DNA of 44,772 nucleotides from Hyphochytrium catenoides (lineage: Eukaryota > Protista > Hyphochytriomycota): contig FLMG01004114.1 in assembly GCA_900088475.1 (NCBI GenBank), positions 1 to 44,772 of the forward strand. The letters run 5' to 3'. Shown here piece after piece: positions 1 through 11,555 of the stretch (positions are counted from its first letter, which is position 1; every line of letters begins with the position of its first letter). The notes below the pieces were generated by a model. That model was not told the DNA's origin and did no database searches. It saw nothing but the letters and a program-made list of their open reading frames with translations. Both the position numbers and the translations under genes were made by a program.

Positions 1-3000
1 CTGCACGAGGCGGCTGCCATGGTGATAGGGGACGCCAGAAGGCGTCAAGCGCAGACCATGGTTTACTCGGAAGATAGAGTGCGACAAATGGACCGTTTGT
101 ACCGAGAAGTAAGTGCACAAGAACAGCAAGTGAAAGATCCCATTGCTCCCGATCTAACACCTGCTGGCCTAGGGTATCCTTTACAAGAAGAGAGAGGTCT
201 TTGGGCAGTGGCGCCCTCGCTTCTGTGTTGTGGATGAGAAAGATTTCAAGTACTTTGAGTCTGCCAAGGATACGCAGCCAAGGGATAGATTACCCCTTGC
301 ACGCGTTATAGCTGTAATGACTGGGCAAAGGAAAGAGATGTTTACTTTCACAATTCAAGAGAAAGGCAACAAGACTCTACATTTTGGAGCAATGTCCAAG
401 GAAGATGCCTGTGAATGGGTGATGATCATCAACACGGTACGACTCTTAATCCTAGAGCAGTTAAGCCTGAGTACTGGGTGCTCACTAATTGATTCTTATA
501 GGCTGTGAAGAGATTACGAGACCGTCATAGTGCAAGTAGCAGAAAGAGCAGCAATGCACAGCCCGTGAAACCTCAAGAAACAAAAAAAGTCTCGCCGCCT
601 CCCTTGGATGCTTGGGGTGATGGCTCGCGGCGATCATCGCTAGTAGCAAAGCCCTCATATTTGCACTTTGCCCCAACTGAAGTTGAGACAGACCCCTCGT
701 CATACTCTAGTACTGATGAATCCAGCACCCGTCGCTCCTCAGACCCTGAATCTCCATCCATGTCGGATGCAAGCATCTGCCATTCCACGCCTGTTGAGGC
801 AACCTATTCCTGCACTGAAGACACCTCAGCCTCACATGATCAATCAGCCACAAAACCCCAGGTGAGTAGTATGTTACTTCCTGTATCCCATAAAATAGAT
901 CCCGTAGCTGACTTCTGGCTGTTTCCGCAGTCGGAAACAAATGTTGCAGGGGCCAGCGAAGACCAGACCATATCAATGCATGCTGCCTCTTCCCTAGCCC
1001 ACTTGCTATCGGGAGATGAATATGGGTCCTTTACTGCAGAGCTGGACCATTTGGAGAGAAAGTTCAAAAAGGGATGCGACAAACAAAGTCAATGGTCGAT
1101 CGTGGGGGAGGAAGGAGACATGAAAGCCTATCAACGTGGAGAAGGGAGCCGAACTGTGGTTCTCGGCCGAGGGCTTATTTATCACAATCCTAGGTGCATG
1201 TGGAAGACAATCCTGGAGCCCAATAGAAGGACTCGCTGGAACGCGGAGCTGCAGAGGTGCTCTATACTAAGGCGTATAAGCAACCATACATTCCTCTTGT
1301 ATTCAAGGTGAGGTTTAATAAGGCTAAGCCAAGGTGGTCAGAGACTGTACGATCACAAGGGAGGGAAACCATTAGAAGAGAGAGAAACGAACAGAAGAGA
1401 GAGAAACCCAGATTGTAATTGAAGGGAGAATGTGTTACGGCATAAGGAAAGTGGCTAATGGTCACCGTTTCTTGCAGGTACAAAGCAGAAGAATGGCCCC
1501 AGGCTGTCGACTTCACCACCGTGGTCCACTGGAAGGTTGAGACCGATGATGCTATTCTTATTCTCGAGCGCAGCATTGTTCTCAAAGAGATTCCAGAGCA
1601 GCCAGAGTGCGTCCGTGGCCGCAACTTGTTCCACGGTAAGCGCCTTACTATAATCCCTAAAACGGCAATCGCCATCTTGACGTTTCTACCTCTATGGCAT
1701 GGACATAGCCTGGCGCTTAACTCCCGTTGAGAACTACACGATGACCGATGTGACATACATGGCGTCCGCTGACCATAATCGTGCTTTAAGCACGAACCAA
1801 GAACTTGTCTTCAACGAGTCATTGCCCTTTTTGGCCAATAGTAAGCACCTCCAGAGAATCACTTGTTGGGTGTCACTGATGCTAACCGATATTCCGGTGA
1901 CAACAGGAGTGGCTGGGCTGCTAGACGTGAAGCCCTTGGAAGAAGAGGAGCGGTTGGGACCACTTACAAATAGCCATAGCTGTCCGAGCATGGCCGCAAA
2001 GGGTAATAAGAGCCTCACACCAAGCAAAAGACGCAGCTCCCCAGTCACCATAGGGGCCGTTCACAGCAAAGACTCATCTACGCCACCGGGTGCAAACATT
2101 GAACGTCCAATGAAAGTCAAAGTGGGCTTACCTCAGCTGCCTCCAGATGAGTTCTCTGTGTCGTTGAGCAGAGTCGAAAGAGCTTTTTATGCCGAAGCAG
2201 ATGATGCGCAACGATGGACTCTCTTCTCAGAAGACTTGGATGTGCTTAGTTTCAGCAAGGACGACAAGGGTAAGGATGTACTATCGCAAGTCCCACTATT
2301 GCAGAGAGGACAAGCCCTTACCTGATCTTCATGGGTACTGTGCCAGGCATCGAATCTTTTTTGAGTAAGGGGGAGATATATTTCAGTCCCAAGGAGGTGT
2401 GGAAAGCTGTCCTAACCGGAAGGATGGATTATGACACCTTACTGGACGAGACCAAACGGGTGCACGATCTTAACACCCAGACTTACCTTTACTATTCGCG
2501 GTAAGGCTTTATTAATCATGCAAGGATGTTAGGTGAAGATGCCTAACTGACATACCTACTTTTGCCTAGTTTGAAGTCCATCAACGGGAAACCAGCACGG
2601 GAGTTCACCACCGTTACGCACTGGAAAGTAACATCCGATAGCACTATTCTCATTCTAGAGACCGCAGCCCTTCCGAGTTCAGCAACTGCACCCAGCATCA
2701 AGCACACACGAGGTGAGAGGAGTAGGGAAGCAGACCTGATCCTACTTAACCTTTTTCTACTACCTAGTTTGACTCCAATGCATTGCCTCTCAAATAGTGT
2801 GGCGATTGGCCCCCGGAAACGACTACTCTACGACGACCGCAACGCTTCTCTGCGTGATGGACTATGGTCGAGACCTTAGGGAAGAGAGTGACAAATTCTT
2901 CATCAAGTCCGAAATCTCCGGCCATATCCAACGTAAGTGTATGGGAATGGAAGATGATATTTTATTCCCTTTGTATGGCAAGTAACCTTAAATTCCCTCC

Positions 3001-3091
3001 AGGCTTGCGGCATTACTTGGAGAGTAGCTGGGAAGAGAATGCATCGTCATGTTCTCCTGCACCTTTGACGAACTATAGCAAGCTTGACTGA
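1..3091 (+). CDS. PH domain + tandem START/SRPBCC-like lipid-binding protein (5' end outside window, ~10 exons)
   Basis: Inferred GT-AG introns at about 109-172, 437-501, 862-930, 1308-1477, 1636-1708, 1841-1906, 2270-2346, 2500-2569, 2713-2767, 2933-3002. Exon 173-436 reads GILYKKREVFGQWRPRFCVVDEKDFKYF...EWVMIIN (PH signature). Two similar START-like blocks follow (W..RW..L..HTFLLYS..DFTTVVHWK; W..D.LLD...QTYLYYS..REFTTVTHWK). Stop TGA 3089-3091. Confidence 0.75.
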
Positions 3092-3462
3092 GCAAGACCA
3101 CTTGATGCTTTTCATTGCCGTTTTGTTCGGTCACTATTTATTATTTTATAAGCAATGATGTACTTTTATTTTCTGATTGAATGCGAGTTAATCAACGCAT
3201 GGAGTTTCTGGAGACGTAACCCACCTTGTTCTTGAAGTATGGCCTCGTCTACCCATGGTAATCCACACACATCAGCTGTCTGCAGCAGCGTAGATTAGCT
3301 TCTGAGTGACAAAAAGTGGATCAGCTAGGATGCCAATTGACGAAGTAAACTGCGATTTTATTTTTTTGTAAACTGCTTGACGCAGATCTGGAGCGGTCGC
3401 AACAAACATTGCAGAAATAAATACTCTATGCCATCTGCTAGATAGTCTGTAGCCTTTCTTTG

Positions 3463-4491
3463 TCACAGCTCAACCTCTTTGCCATCGTAGCTTGATCTAT
3501 AGGTGCTGACACCAATACTTCCAGCTGTAGACCTTGGGCCAAAGCTTGGCTCTGAAGGCTTGAAAGCAATGACGTTGGCGTCCTGAGCCGCTACAAATCT
3601 TGCTGCAGGCCCAACGCTAGCCCCGACACTACTTGTGGCACTCGTCCTAGTCGTTCGATTATACGTCCTTGAGTCTATAGGTTCTAAGTAAAAGCCCGCC
3701 ATTTGTTGTTTCTTCATATGAAAAGGACTGGTGGCTGGAACAGCGTAGAGTGGCAGGGCAATGGTGGATAGGTCGGCGTTGGATGCATCCCTCGGTTCTT
3801 TCTGGCCGTAATATCTCCTATATACCGAGAACCCCATACCTCCAATTAGAAATAAAGCACCAAGCACGCCCCCGCCGATTATGAGTGCTGTCATGTACGT
3901 AGGGGAGTCAGTGCTTTCCTTGCTCTCAGCCTTTGATAATTCAGGGTTTGCGGTCATATCTGGAGAATGCTGTGGGTCAGTCTGAGTCGCGCCCGTGGTA
4001 CTTTGTTCACTAGTAGGAGTTGGAGTTGGAGCCACCGATGGCTGAGAGTCTGGAATGTCACCAGCCTCAGAAGTAGGTACAATATTGGGGATAGTTGTTG
4101 GTTCCGGGGGAGCACTTCCTGCCGGCGTAGTGGGTTGGATGGCGGCTATTGTGGTAGGGACAGGCGCTGCAGTTGGTGGGGGTGTTTCGACAGGAGTTAC
4201 AGGGGTGGAGGGTAGAGGAGTTCCAGGAGTGGGGACGGGATTTGGGTGGACCTGCCCGCCAGGAGTACAGAAAAACTGACCATCTCTGGGACACAGGCCC
4301 GGTGCTCTGGCGGCCACACAGTACGTCTTACCCCCTACCGTATAGCGGCACGGTTTGCAGGTAGCAGGGTTGCATGGAATCTTTGAGAAGGCATCTTCAA
4401 AACATGGATTGCTGCATAAACCTTGACCCTGTACTACACTAGACCTACTTATAGTGAAGAGTAAGAGACTCAAAATAGTAGCGCGAATCAT
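3463..4491 (-). CDS. Single-exon type I membrane protein: signal peptide, 8-Cys domain, Pro/Thr-rich mucin-like stalk, TM helix, cytoplasmic tail
   Basis: ORF 3463-4599. Start MIRATILSLLLFTISRSSVVQG at 4491 (alternative ATG 4512); CSNPC..C..C..C..C..C..C block; PT-rich stalk; TM ALIIGGGVLGALFLIGGMGFSVY followed by RR. Confidence 0.8.
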   Translation of the reverse strand: MIRATILSLLLFTISRSSVVQGQGLCSNPCFEDAFSKIPCNPATCKPCRYTVGGKTYCVAARAPGLCPRDGQFFCTPGGQVHPNPVPTPGTPLPSTPVTPVETPPPTAAPVPTTIAAIQPTTPAGSAPPEPTTIPNIVPTSEAGDIPDSQPSVAPTPTPTSEQSTTGATQTDPQHSPDMTANPELSKAESKESTDSPTYMTALIIGGGVLGALFLIGGMGFSVYRRYYGQKEPRDASNADLSTIALPLYAVPATSPFHMKKQQMAGFYLEPIDSRTYNRTTRTSATSSVGASVGPAARFVAAQDANVIAFKPSEPSFGPRSTAGSIGVSTYRSSYDGKEVEL

Positions 4492-4849
4492 GTTGCCTGC
4501 TGAAGCCGCCATTAGCGGCAGGCGGCGAACTTGTGCACTGTCCGCCCACACTGAGATGGCTTGACAGTTCCGAAGTGACCTGGGAGAGAAGCAGTACACT
4601 CCGAGCTCCTACTGGACATTTGTCCCTTTCCCAAGCTTCTTAGAGAGTAGAGAGCGTTATCCCATTCTCCCCAGTTAATTGGAAAGTGGGTCGGCCTGCT
4701 CTCGGCACGTCTGTTGGTTGAGCTTGGTGGTCGTGTGAAGAAGCTACAAAAGGCAGTGTGGAGGTTGAAGGGTAGTGAGGATGCAGAGTTGAAGGAAGAA
4801 ACAAGGGAAACACTGCCTCCCTAACCCTCCTCACTTCCCCTTCCACTGT

Positions 4850-6450
4850 AGTTTATTATACTCTCCTCCCCACCTTCCTCATAGAAAAACGAGGCATTCC
4901 ACGGTTTGGGCACCTTGCCCAGTTTGAAGCTGGGTTCAGAATATATATGACAGGGGCTGGTAGGGTCAATGATCAAAATAGGTTAAATTCTGGATTCAAC
5001 TTCTACTGACCATCGTCCCCGCACTTTTTGTACTTTGTGCAAAATCAAAGAACAAACAGCGGCACCTATGAGAAAGAGCAACGTAGGAAAAATCCGGATC
5101 TTATAGGTTTATCCTTGCCTATCCTAAATGCAGTAATATCAATATGGCGAACCCGTAGGCTAAGTCTGTCTATGGAAACCTCAATAGTAGTAGGTCATAG
5201 ATTCCAAGGTCGCTGGTTCTAGATCTTCGTTGAGTTTGTCATGGTGTGAAATGTTCTTCCAAGCTTCAAAGTGTCACTTCTAGTCCATCAGAACGTGGTT
5301 TGATCAGCCAGCAGTGATGAGCCCACTAGACCACGTTATTATCTGGAGTTCTATGTGGGCCTCATCATAAGAGAAATGACTGGGGTCACAACATCTTCTT
5401 GTCCCACCACGGTATCTATGAAGAGAGATAGGAGATATCGATCAGGTGAAGTGACCAGAGGCTCTCCATCAGCATTCTGGCTTCTTCAGCAGGAATCGTC
5501 GAAGACATCTCTTTCGCCTTTGTAAAGTTCTTCCCAGATGCTGATGAGATGATGCTGAGCCATGATGCGATGTCACGATGCCAGCGAGATGATGATCTTT
5601 TTTGTGTTATCTAGGGGTGATGAAGATGCAAAGGGAAAGAAGGGGAAATTGGTGCCACCACGCCTTACCAGAGCCAAGTATTGCTTCTTCTTCTGCTCTT
5701 CTGGCCAGACAGTGACAAGAGTAGAGTACAGAATCATTTAGGGTTGACTAATCAGTACCTCAGTGGAAGGAAGCGCACACATCTTCTGGATTGGTCTACT
5801 AACAGTAACAGTTCTATAATACCACCGTTCGTACATTCCAATCTCTTGCTGTCTTCCGTCTCCTCCTCCTCTTTGCAGAGGCGATATGAATGGGGAGAAG
5901 GTCCTTTCTTCTGCTGTATACAAACAAGAATATCTACACCGTGAACCGTCACCACATCCTGATGTGGATTAGGCACCCAGATTACACAGTCAAGTGTTAC
6001 AAGTTCATACCACCGCTCTTACATATCAGTTTGTGGCTGTTTACCGTCTCTCTTTTTCTTGTTGTCAGAGGCGATCTGAATAGGAGAGGATTCCTTTAAT
6101 GCAGTTATACGCATCAACAAGACTTCTAACGGTGAACCTTTGCCATCGCGTGACGTTTTTCCCGCATCTAGATTATCACGAAGTCAAGTGGAAAGAACGT
6201 GTGACAGGGCTGATGAGAGGTCTGCAGATAGAGAGAAGTGTGAAAGAGGGGAGGAGCGCTCATGTTATCTACGGCAAATCCGAGGCACTGTCACCCAAGA
6301 AAGGATCATCCTGCTGTCACGAGATCCATCAAAGTACCCCTCTGGCAGACCTGTGGTCCCAGCAGGGACAATTGAGAAATAGACTTTGGCAGTGCCGGGA
6401 CCACCCTTCCTGACACTTTTCTATGCCCGATCTCGTCTGGATGCTGAAAT
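4850..6450 (-). mobile_element. Highly degenerate Ty3/Gypsy-like LTR retrotransposon remnant(s)
   Basis: Minus-strand broken frames give integrase-like PGTAKVY (~6390), PLDFVII (~6180) and LVDAY (~6115), chromodomain-like KKQYL (~5680), and RT-like KLN...IEVSIDRL...DITAFR (~5240-5125). PPT-like GGGGAGGAGAG at ~4861-4871. Many stops and frameshifts; boundaries approximate. Confidence 0.5.
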
Positions 6451-7796
6451 GACTCTTCAGACAGTACCAGGGTTGGCATAGTCCTCCTCTCTCATTTTAA
6501 AGCAAGGAAAGTACGGCAGCTTCATTAAAAACGACAATGCACTCAATGGCCGTTGGAACTTCCTGCTAAGATATGGTACCCTCCCGCAGCTCTAGTGGGC
6601 CTTACTGCGTTATTAAAAGTGCAGTAATAAGCGACGAGACGTTAACTGCGCTGGCTTTAACTGCTAGATGAACTTCTAAGATGTGAACCTATGTCCGGTG
6701 TGTCTCATCATCCTGTTTGCCTTTGCTGCTCGTACGAAATACTTCTGGCTGGCGCGTCGTTGATTTTGTCCTTTTTTGCTCTTCGCCTACTACTACTATC
6801 AGTCTGTTTATCGTACTTTGTGGTTCTTGTACATATGCTATCTTTCTATTCCCTAAGTTTGTCATATAAAGTAGCAACTACTACTCAGCAGCGAAGACGA
6901 TGAAGAAGGAAGGGAGGCAAGAGCTACTACTTAACGTCTGTTCGGTCTCTTCTTCAACACTCTCCCTTTCATCATGGCTATCAGAAGAGCAAATAGTATA
7001 ATCTATTTCCTCCTCAGCAGTAGATAATGGGAAGGGAGGAGGAGGGGACGAAAAGGCAGCAAAACCGCCCTCGCCTGGCTAGAACTAGCAAAAGAACGAT
7101 GATCCAACTGCGGACGAGAAATATGCCTCACAGATTCTGAAGAGCATTTGCTTCAGCCTGTAGCTGTAGCAACACTGGGGAGTTAGTTGCATTGGACCCT
7201 TGGCTTTGCTGAGGCGCAGCCACCACGAACTGCTGAATAGACTACTTTATTTTTTTATAGTTATTGTTTTTTTGCGGCGTTCACCTCGTAGTTCCTAAGG
7301 TTTACTTGGTACCGTCCAAGTAAGTACCGTTACTTTTTATAAAATAAATAACTATGAAACTGTAAAGAACTCCTCTTTCCGCCACGTCAGCCTCATGCGT
7401 AAGTGGCGGTGGAATCTAACCTCGAGATAATAATACGTACGTCAGTCACCCCTCTCAAGTCCAATAGGCTCCTCGAACGTATTCCCCACTATTATTACTC
7501 CAGAACGTGGTCACATGCACATCCTGAACCGTCACGAACAGTTGCCATCTTTGGATCACGACAAAGATCCGATCAAATGACTCGATGGTGGACTCTCCTC
7601 ACTCCTCAAAATCCACCTTCTTCGTCTGGTTGGCATCAGCCAAGCTGACAAGGGCTAGTACGCCATCTTCCATTTGCATCAGCAGTAGCTCGGCAGACCC
7701 CACGGCCCTTCAGCGTGACCGCACCTCAGAAGCAAATTCAAGGAGAAGGAGCCATATTTTGACAGTTGACGAGAGAAGAAAGATCATTCAACAACA

Positions 7797-9084
7797 ATGA
7801 GCGCAGTAACGAGAGCTTTTCGGCCACCTGCTGGAACGAAGATGTTCCAGGGATTCAAGCTAGGAGACCTTCAATTGAAGCATCGAATTGTCATGGCGCC
7901 CTTAACGAGGTGTCGTGCACACAAGGATGGTATACCAACCGACCTCCATGCCCTTTACTACGCGCAGCGCGCCACGGAGGGTGGTCTCATCATTACAGAG
8001 GCAACCAATATATCTAAACAAGGTCCGCACCCAGACATGTTACTGCGCTTGGTGACCGACCCATCTAACTAACCTCTGTCCTCTCTCTACCTGTGGTCAG
8101 CCATTGGCTATAAGAGTACTCCGGGCGTTTTTACCGCGGAACAAAAGAAGGGTTGGCAGCTGGTTACGAATGCGGTACATGAAAAGAAAGGCTTCGCCTT
8201 CCTGCAGCTGTGGCATACCGGCAGGGTCGCCAAGCGTGAACTAAGTGGAACGGATCCGGTTGGACCAAGCCCGATTAGTGTCCCCAAGATGGAGACACCA
8301 AAGGAGTTGTCTGTTGAAGAGATTGACTCAATTGTGCGCGATTATAAGCACGCAGCCGGGGTTGCAAAGGAGGTCCGTACACTATTTATTGTAGGGTTGG
8401 CCTACTTTCTGTCGCAGCTGGAGGCTTATTTCTCTTCTCCTTTTGCTTTTGTTGCAGGCTGGGTTTGATGGCGTGGAAGTGCACGGCGCAAATGGTTACC
8501 TCATAGATCAGTTCTTGAGGGATGGTTCCAACCAGAGGAGTGACCTCTACGGGGGTAGCTTCGATAACCGTTCGAGGTTTCTTCTAGAAGTCCTAGAGGC
8601 GGTTCTATCGGTCTGGCCGTCGGGCAGGGTTGGCCTCAGACTCTCGCCGGCCAGTTCGTTCCTCAGTATGTCCGACAGCAACCCAGAAGAGCTCTTTCCG
8701 TCTGTGTTAAACCGTTTGAGACCCTACAACCTGGCATACGTGCACCTTGTGCAGCCAGGCATTTCTGGAGGAGCCAAGACCCAGACAGTCGAGCTGCCGC
8801 ATTTAAACATAGAGTTTTTCAGGCAACACTACGATGGGAACCTGATAACCTGTGGCGATTTGTCCGTAGAGGACGCTCACAAGATCTTAGAAGATGGCTC
8901 TGCGGAACTTGTAGCGTTCGGCCGCAACTTTATCTCTAACCCTGATTTGCCGGAAAGGATTCGTTTGGGTGCTGAACTTCTACCAAATAAAACACGGACC
9001 ATATACGGTCCTGGACCAGAAGGTTATACGGATTACCCGGCACTAACTCAGGAAGAAAAGAAGAAGCTATCAAGCGCCCTTTAG
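7797..9084 (+). CDS. Old Yellow Enzyme family NADH:flavin oxidoreductase (NemA/OPR-like), 3 exons
   Basis: Exons 7797-8022, 8101-8372, 8458-9084. Motifs [71 protein letters not shown]. Confidence 0.95.
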
Positions 9085-9172
9085 CCAAGCTTGTCATTGA
9101 CCATTACTGACACTTCATAAATAGAGCTAGACCACCTTTTTTCATGTCCCATAGAATTCCAGAATTATCCTC

Positions 9173-11555
9173 CTACGAGCCATGCCCAGCGGAGTTGGGG
9201 TTCGATGGAATACCCTTAAAGTGCTTCTCTTGAACCCAGCCAAAGAGGGTTAGCAAGCGGGCGTATGGCAATGCATCTGTCGTGTACTGGTTGGTCAATA
9301 CGATGGCAGACTCCTCGTCTCTTCACTAACTCACCTCCACTTGCTGTCATGAGCCACTTATCATAGTAGTTGTGGACGTCCCAGCCTGCATGCTCCAGCG
9401 CTGTCAGATTAGCCTCTATTAGCTTAGGCCTACAGGAAGGAGGGACAGGTGACTTCACTTCACTGGAGAGGAGAACAACGGATTCCAGCGCCATACCTGT
9501 AGCGTAAAAGTTCCGGGTTGGTCTTGACAAGGCAGGATATCTATAATCATTGACAAAAGCATTCAGATTTCAGGCCAAACATTGTCCAGAGTTGCACTTG
9601 CCTGTTGCTGATTCAAGCGGTTACTTTTGAGAAATTGAAGCTGATTTGTAAGATCAGTCTTCGTAAGAGAAAAGAGTTCGGGGTACGACTGGCATACTGC
9701 TCTCAGCTCCTTGTTTGTCTGGTTCAAATAATCATCTCGAATTATCTGCAAGAGCAATGCCAATTCTTACGGGAAGTCAGAAACTTGGCGGTCTTTCGCT
9801 CTTCTGCTAAGTGTTCCAAGACAATAAACAGACCTGATCGGTTCCTCAGCAATGCCTGAGGTAGAAGTAGACTCTCAGATCTGGAAAAGCCGAACTCTTC
9901 TAAAAGTGTGAGCATCTTGTTCAGATCCTCAACTCTAAAATCAAGATAGAGCACGATAAGGACCGATTCACGTTCACATAACTGAAGGGCACCTTCTGCT
10001 CGCCCTACCTCAAATTAAGCAGCCGAGGGTACTGCTCAAATAGAGCTTGCAGCTGCGGATTTCATAAGGGTTATGGTGCCGAGTAGGAAGGAAGGCGAGG
10101 CAAAAGATTACCGCTGCTCTGTCTGCGTGGGCCGCACTGAACTCCTGAACTACAGCCTCCAGTTCTTTGACACTGCTGCCTAGCACCCGCGGGTTAAGAC
10201 TCATGATTCTTTGAGCCTACCATCGTACACGGAATGGGTGGCCTTAATGTTTCTTGTTGACTCCAAAAGTGGTGCTTTCCTTACCCTCAGTTGAGTGCCC
10301 ATAATACGGACAATGACGCCATATATAAGGTTGATCTCTGCAGAAACATGGTTATGCAGGCTTCTCTTAGTCTAGTCCTTCGTTATGTTTACCAGCTGGA
10401 GTTCTACAAAATGCCGCCGGGTATTCCAACAGTACAGCTTTTGCGTCTATCCCAATACATTCTATCCGCGACAGGGAGCCAGGTAGAATGAAACCACTGG
10501 CACAAGGGAGTGATGATTAGGGCCGATAATACTCTTATAGTCCTTAACAGTAGCCGCAACACGTACCGCCTTAAGAGGGACGGTGATTTTCGAATAACTC
10601 GCTTGACGAGCGCCTTGTCAGATGTCAAACTCCAGAGCGTCCGAAAGCTTGCCTCCAGCCTAATAGATTCCTGACTCAAGGCACCCGGACAGTTGGTGAT
10701 GATGGTGTTTAGCTCCTCCCCAACACCCAGCGATTGCAAGAGCTTGATATTGGCTACTATCCCTGAGAAAATTTCAGAGTAAGGGCTCAAGTAGAGTGCT
10801 CATTCCATAGATCTCTCCTTTTTGCACTCACGACCAGAGCCTTCACCCAAAGCGGCGGGTACGCGACGGACCAGGAGGCTTGATGATTTCGTTATCCTTT
10901 TCAGCTCTGCTATCTTGCCCTCAAGCTCTGCTCGGCTGCCAAGATAGAACTATGGTTTCAGCTTAAAGCAATTGGAAAGGGGATATTGTCGGTCTGTTAC
11001 CTGTACAGAAGCACTGACGGTTCCCGGCTGATGTACCATGCAACATTCTCTACAATAAGGTACGAGTCTATTGTCTCCACAGTGTCTTCAAGGCTTTTTC
11101 GACCTCGTACCAAGATCATTGGGTTGGTGCGAATGAGCCTAGCAATCTGGGAGGTAGTCAGTGCAGCCCCTACATGAATTTAGACAATGGTCTTGCCCTA
11201 CCATATCTGGCTTCAAGAGTCCCGCGAGATAAGCCAAGGATTCCTCAGCTACTTCGAGATCTGCGTCCTGCAGCGTGGAGCTTATCGCTTCCATTACGCG
11301 CCTATCACTTACGTCATATCTAGATACCAGCTGTTCGAGCCGAGATTGACCAGGGAGAATACTCGGAGAGTCAGAGGAGACGTTCTCAGAAATAGTACTC
11401 TTTTCGAGAACATATGGTCCTTTTCCCGTCGAGTCGGCTTTTTCTGAGAATGCTTGAGGTATGCCAACAGCAGTGCGCATAGCCTGTGCTGTATGGGAGA
11501 CAGATAGGCGGCTCACAAGCCTTACCCCAACTCCCGAGAGCCGCGACCGAAACAT
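9173..11555 (-). CDS. mTERF-repeat-like organellar nucleic-acid-binding protein (multi-exon)
   Basis: N-terminus MFRSRLSGVGVRLVSRLS is a mitochondrial-presequence-like Arg/Ser-rich stretch. Spliced exons give repeated I..LI...P.LL units (IARLIRTNPMIL, VKRVIRKSPSLL, AVLLEYPAAF, IMSLNPRVLG, LFEQYPRLL, VCQSYPELF, ISCLVKTNPELL). Predicted stop TAG at 9173-9175. Confidence 0.7.

Noticed and set aside
11139-11201. Apparent 32-nt or GC-AG first intron in the mTERF-like gene
   Set aside because: A canonical 55-nt GT...CCCAG intron (11147-11201) with a CTGAC branch point restores the frame.
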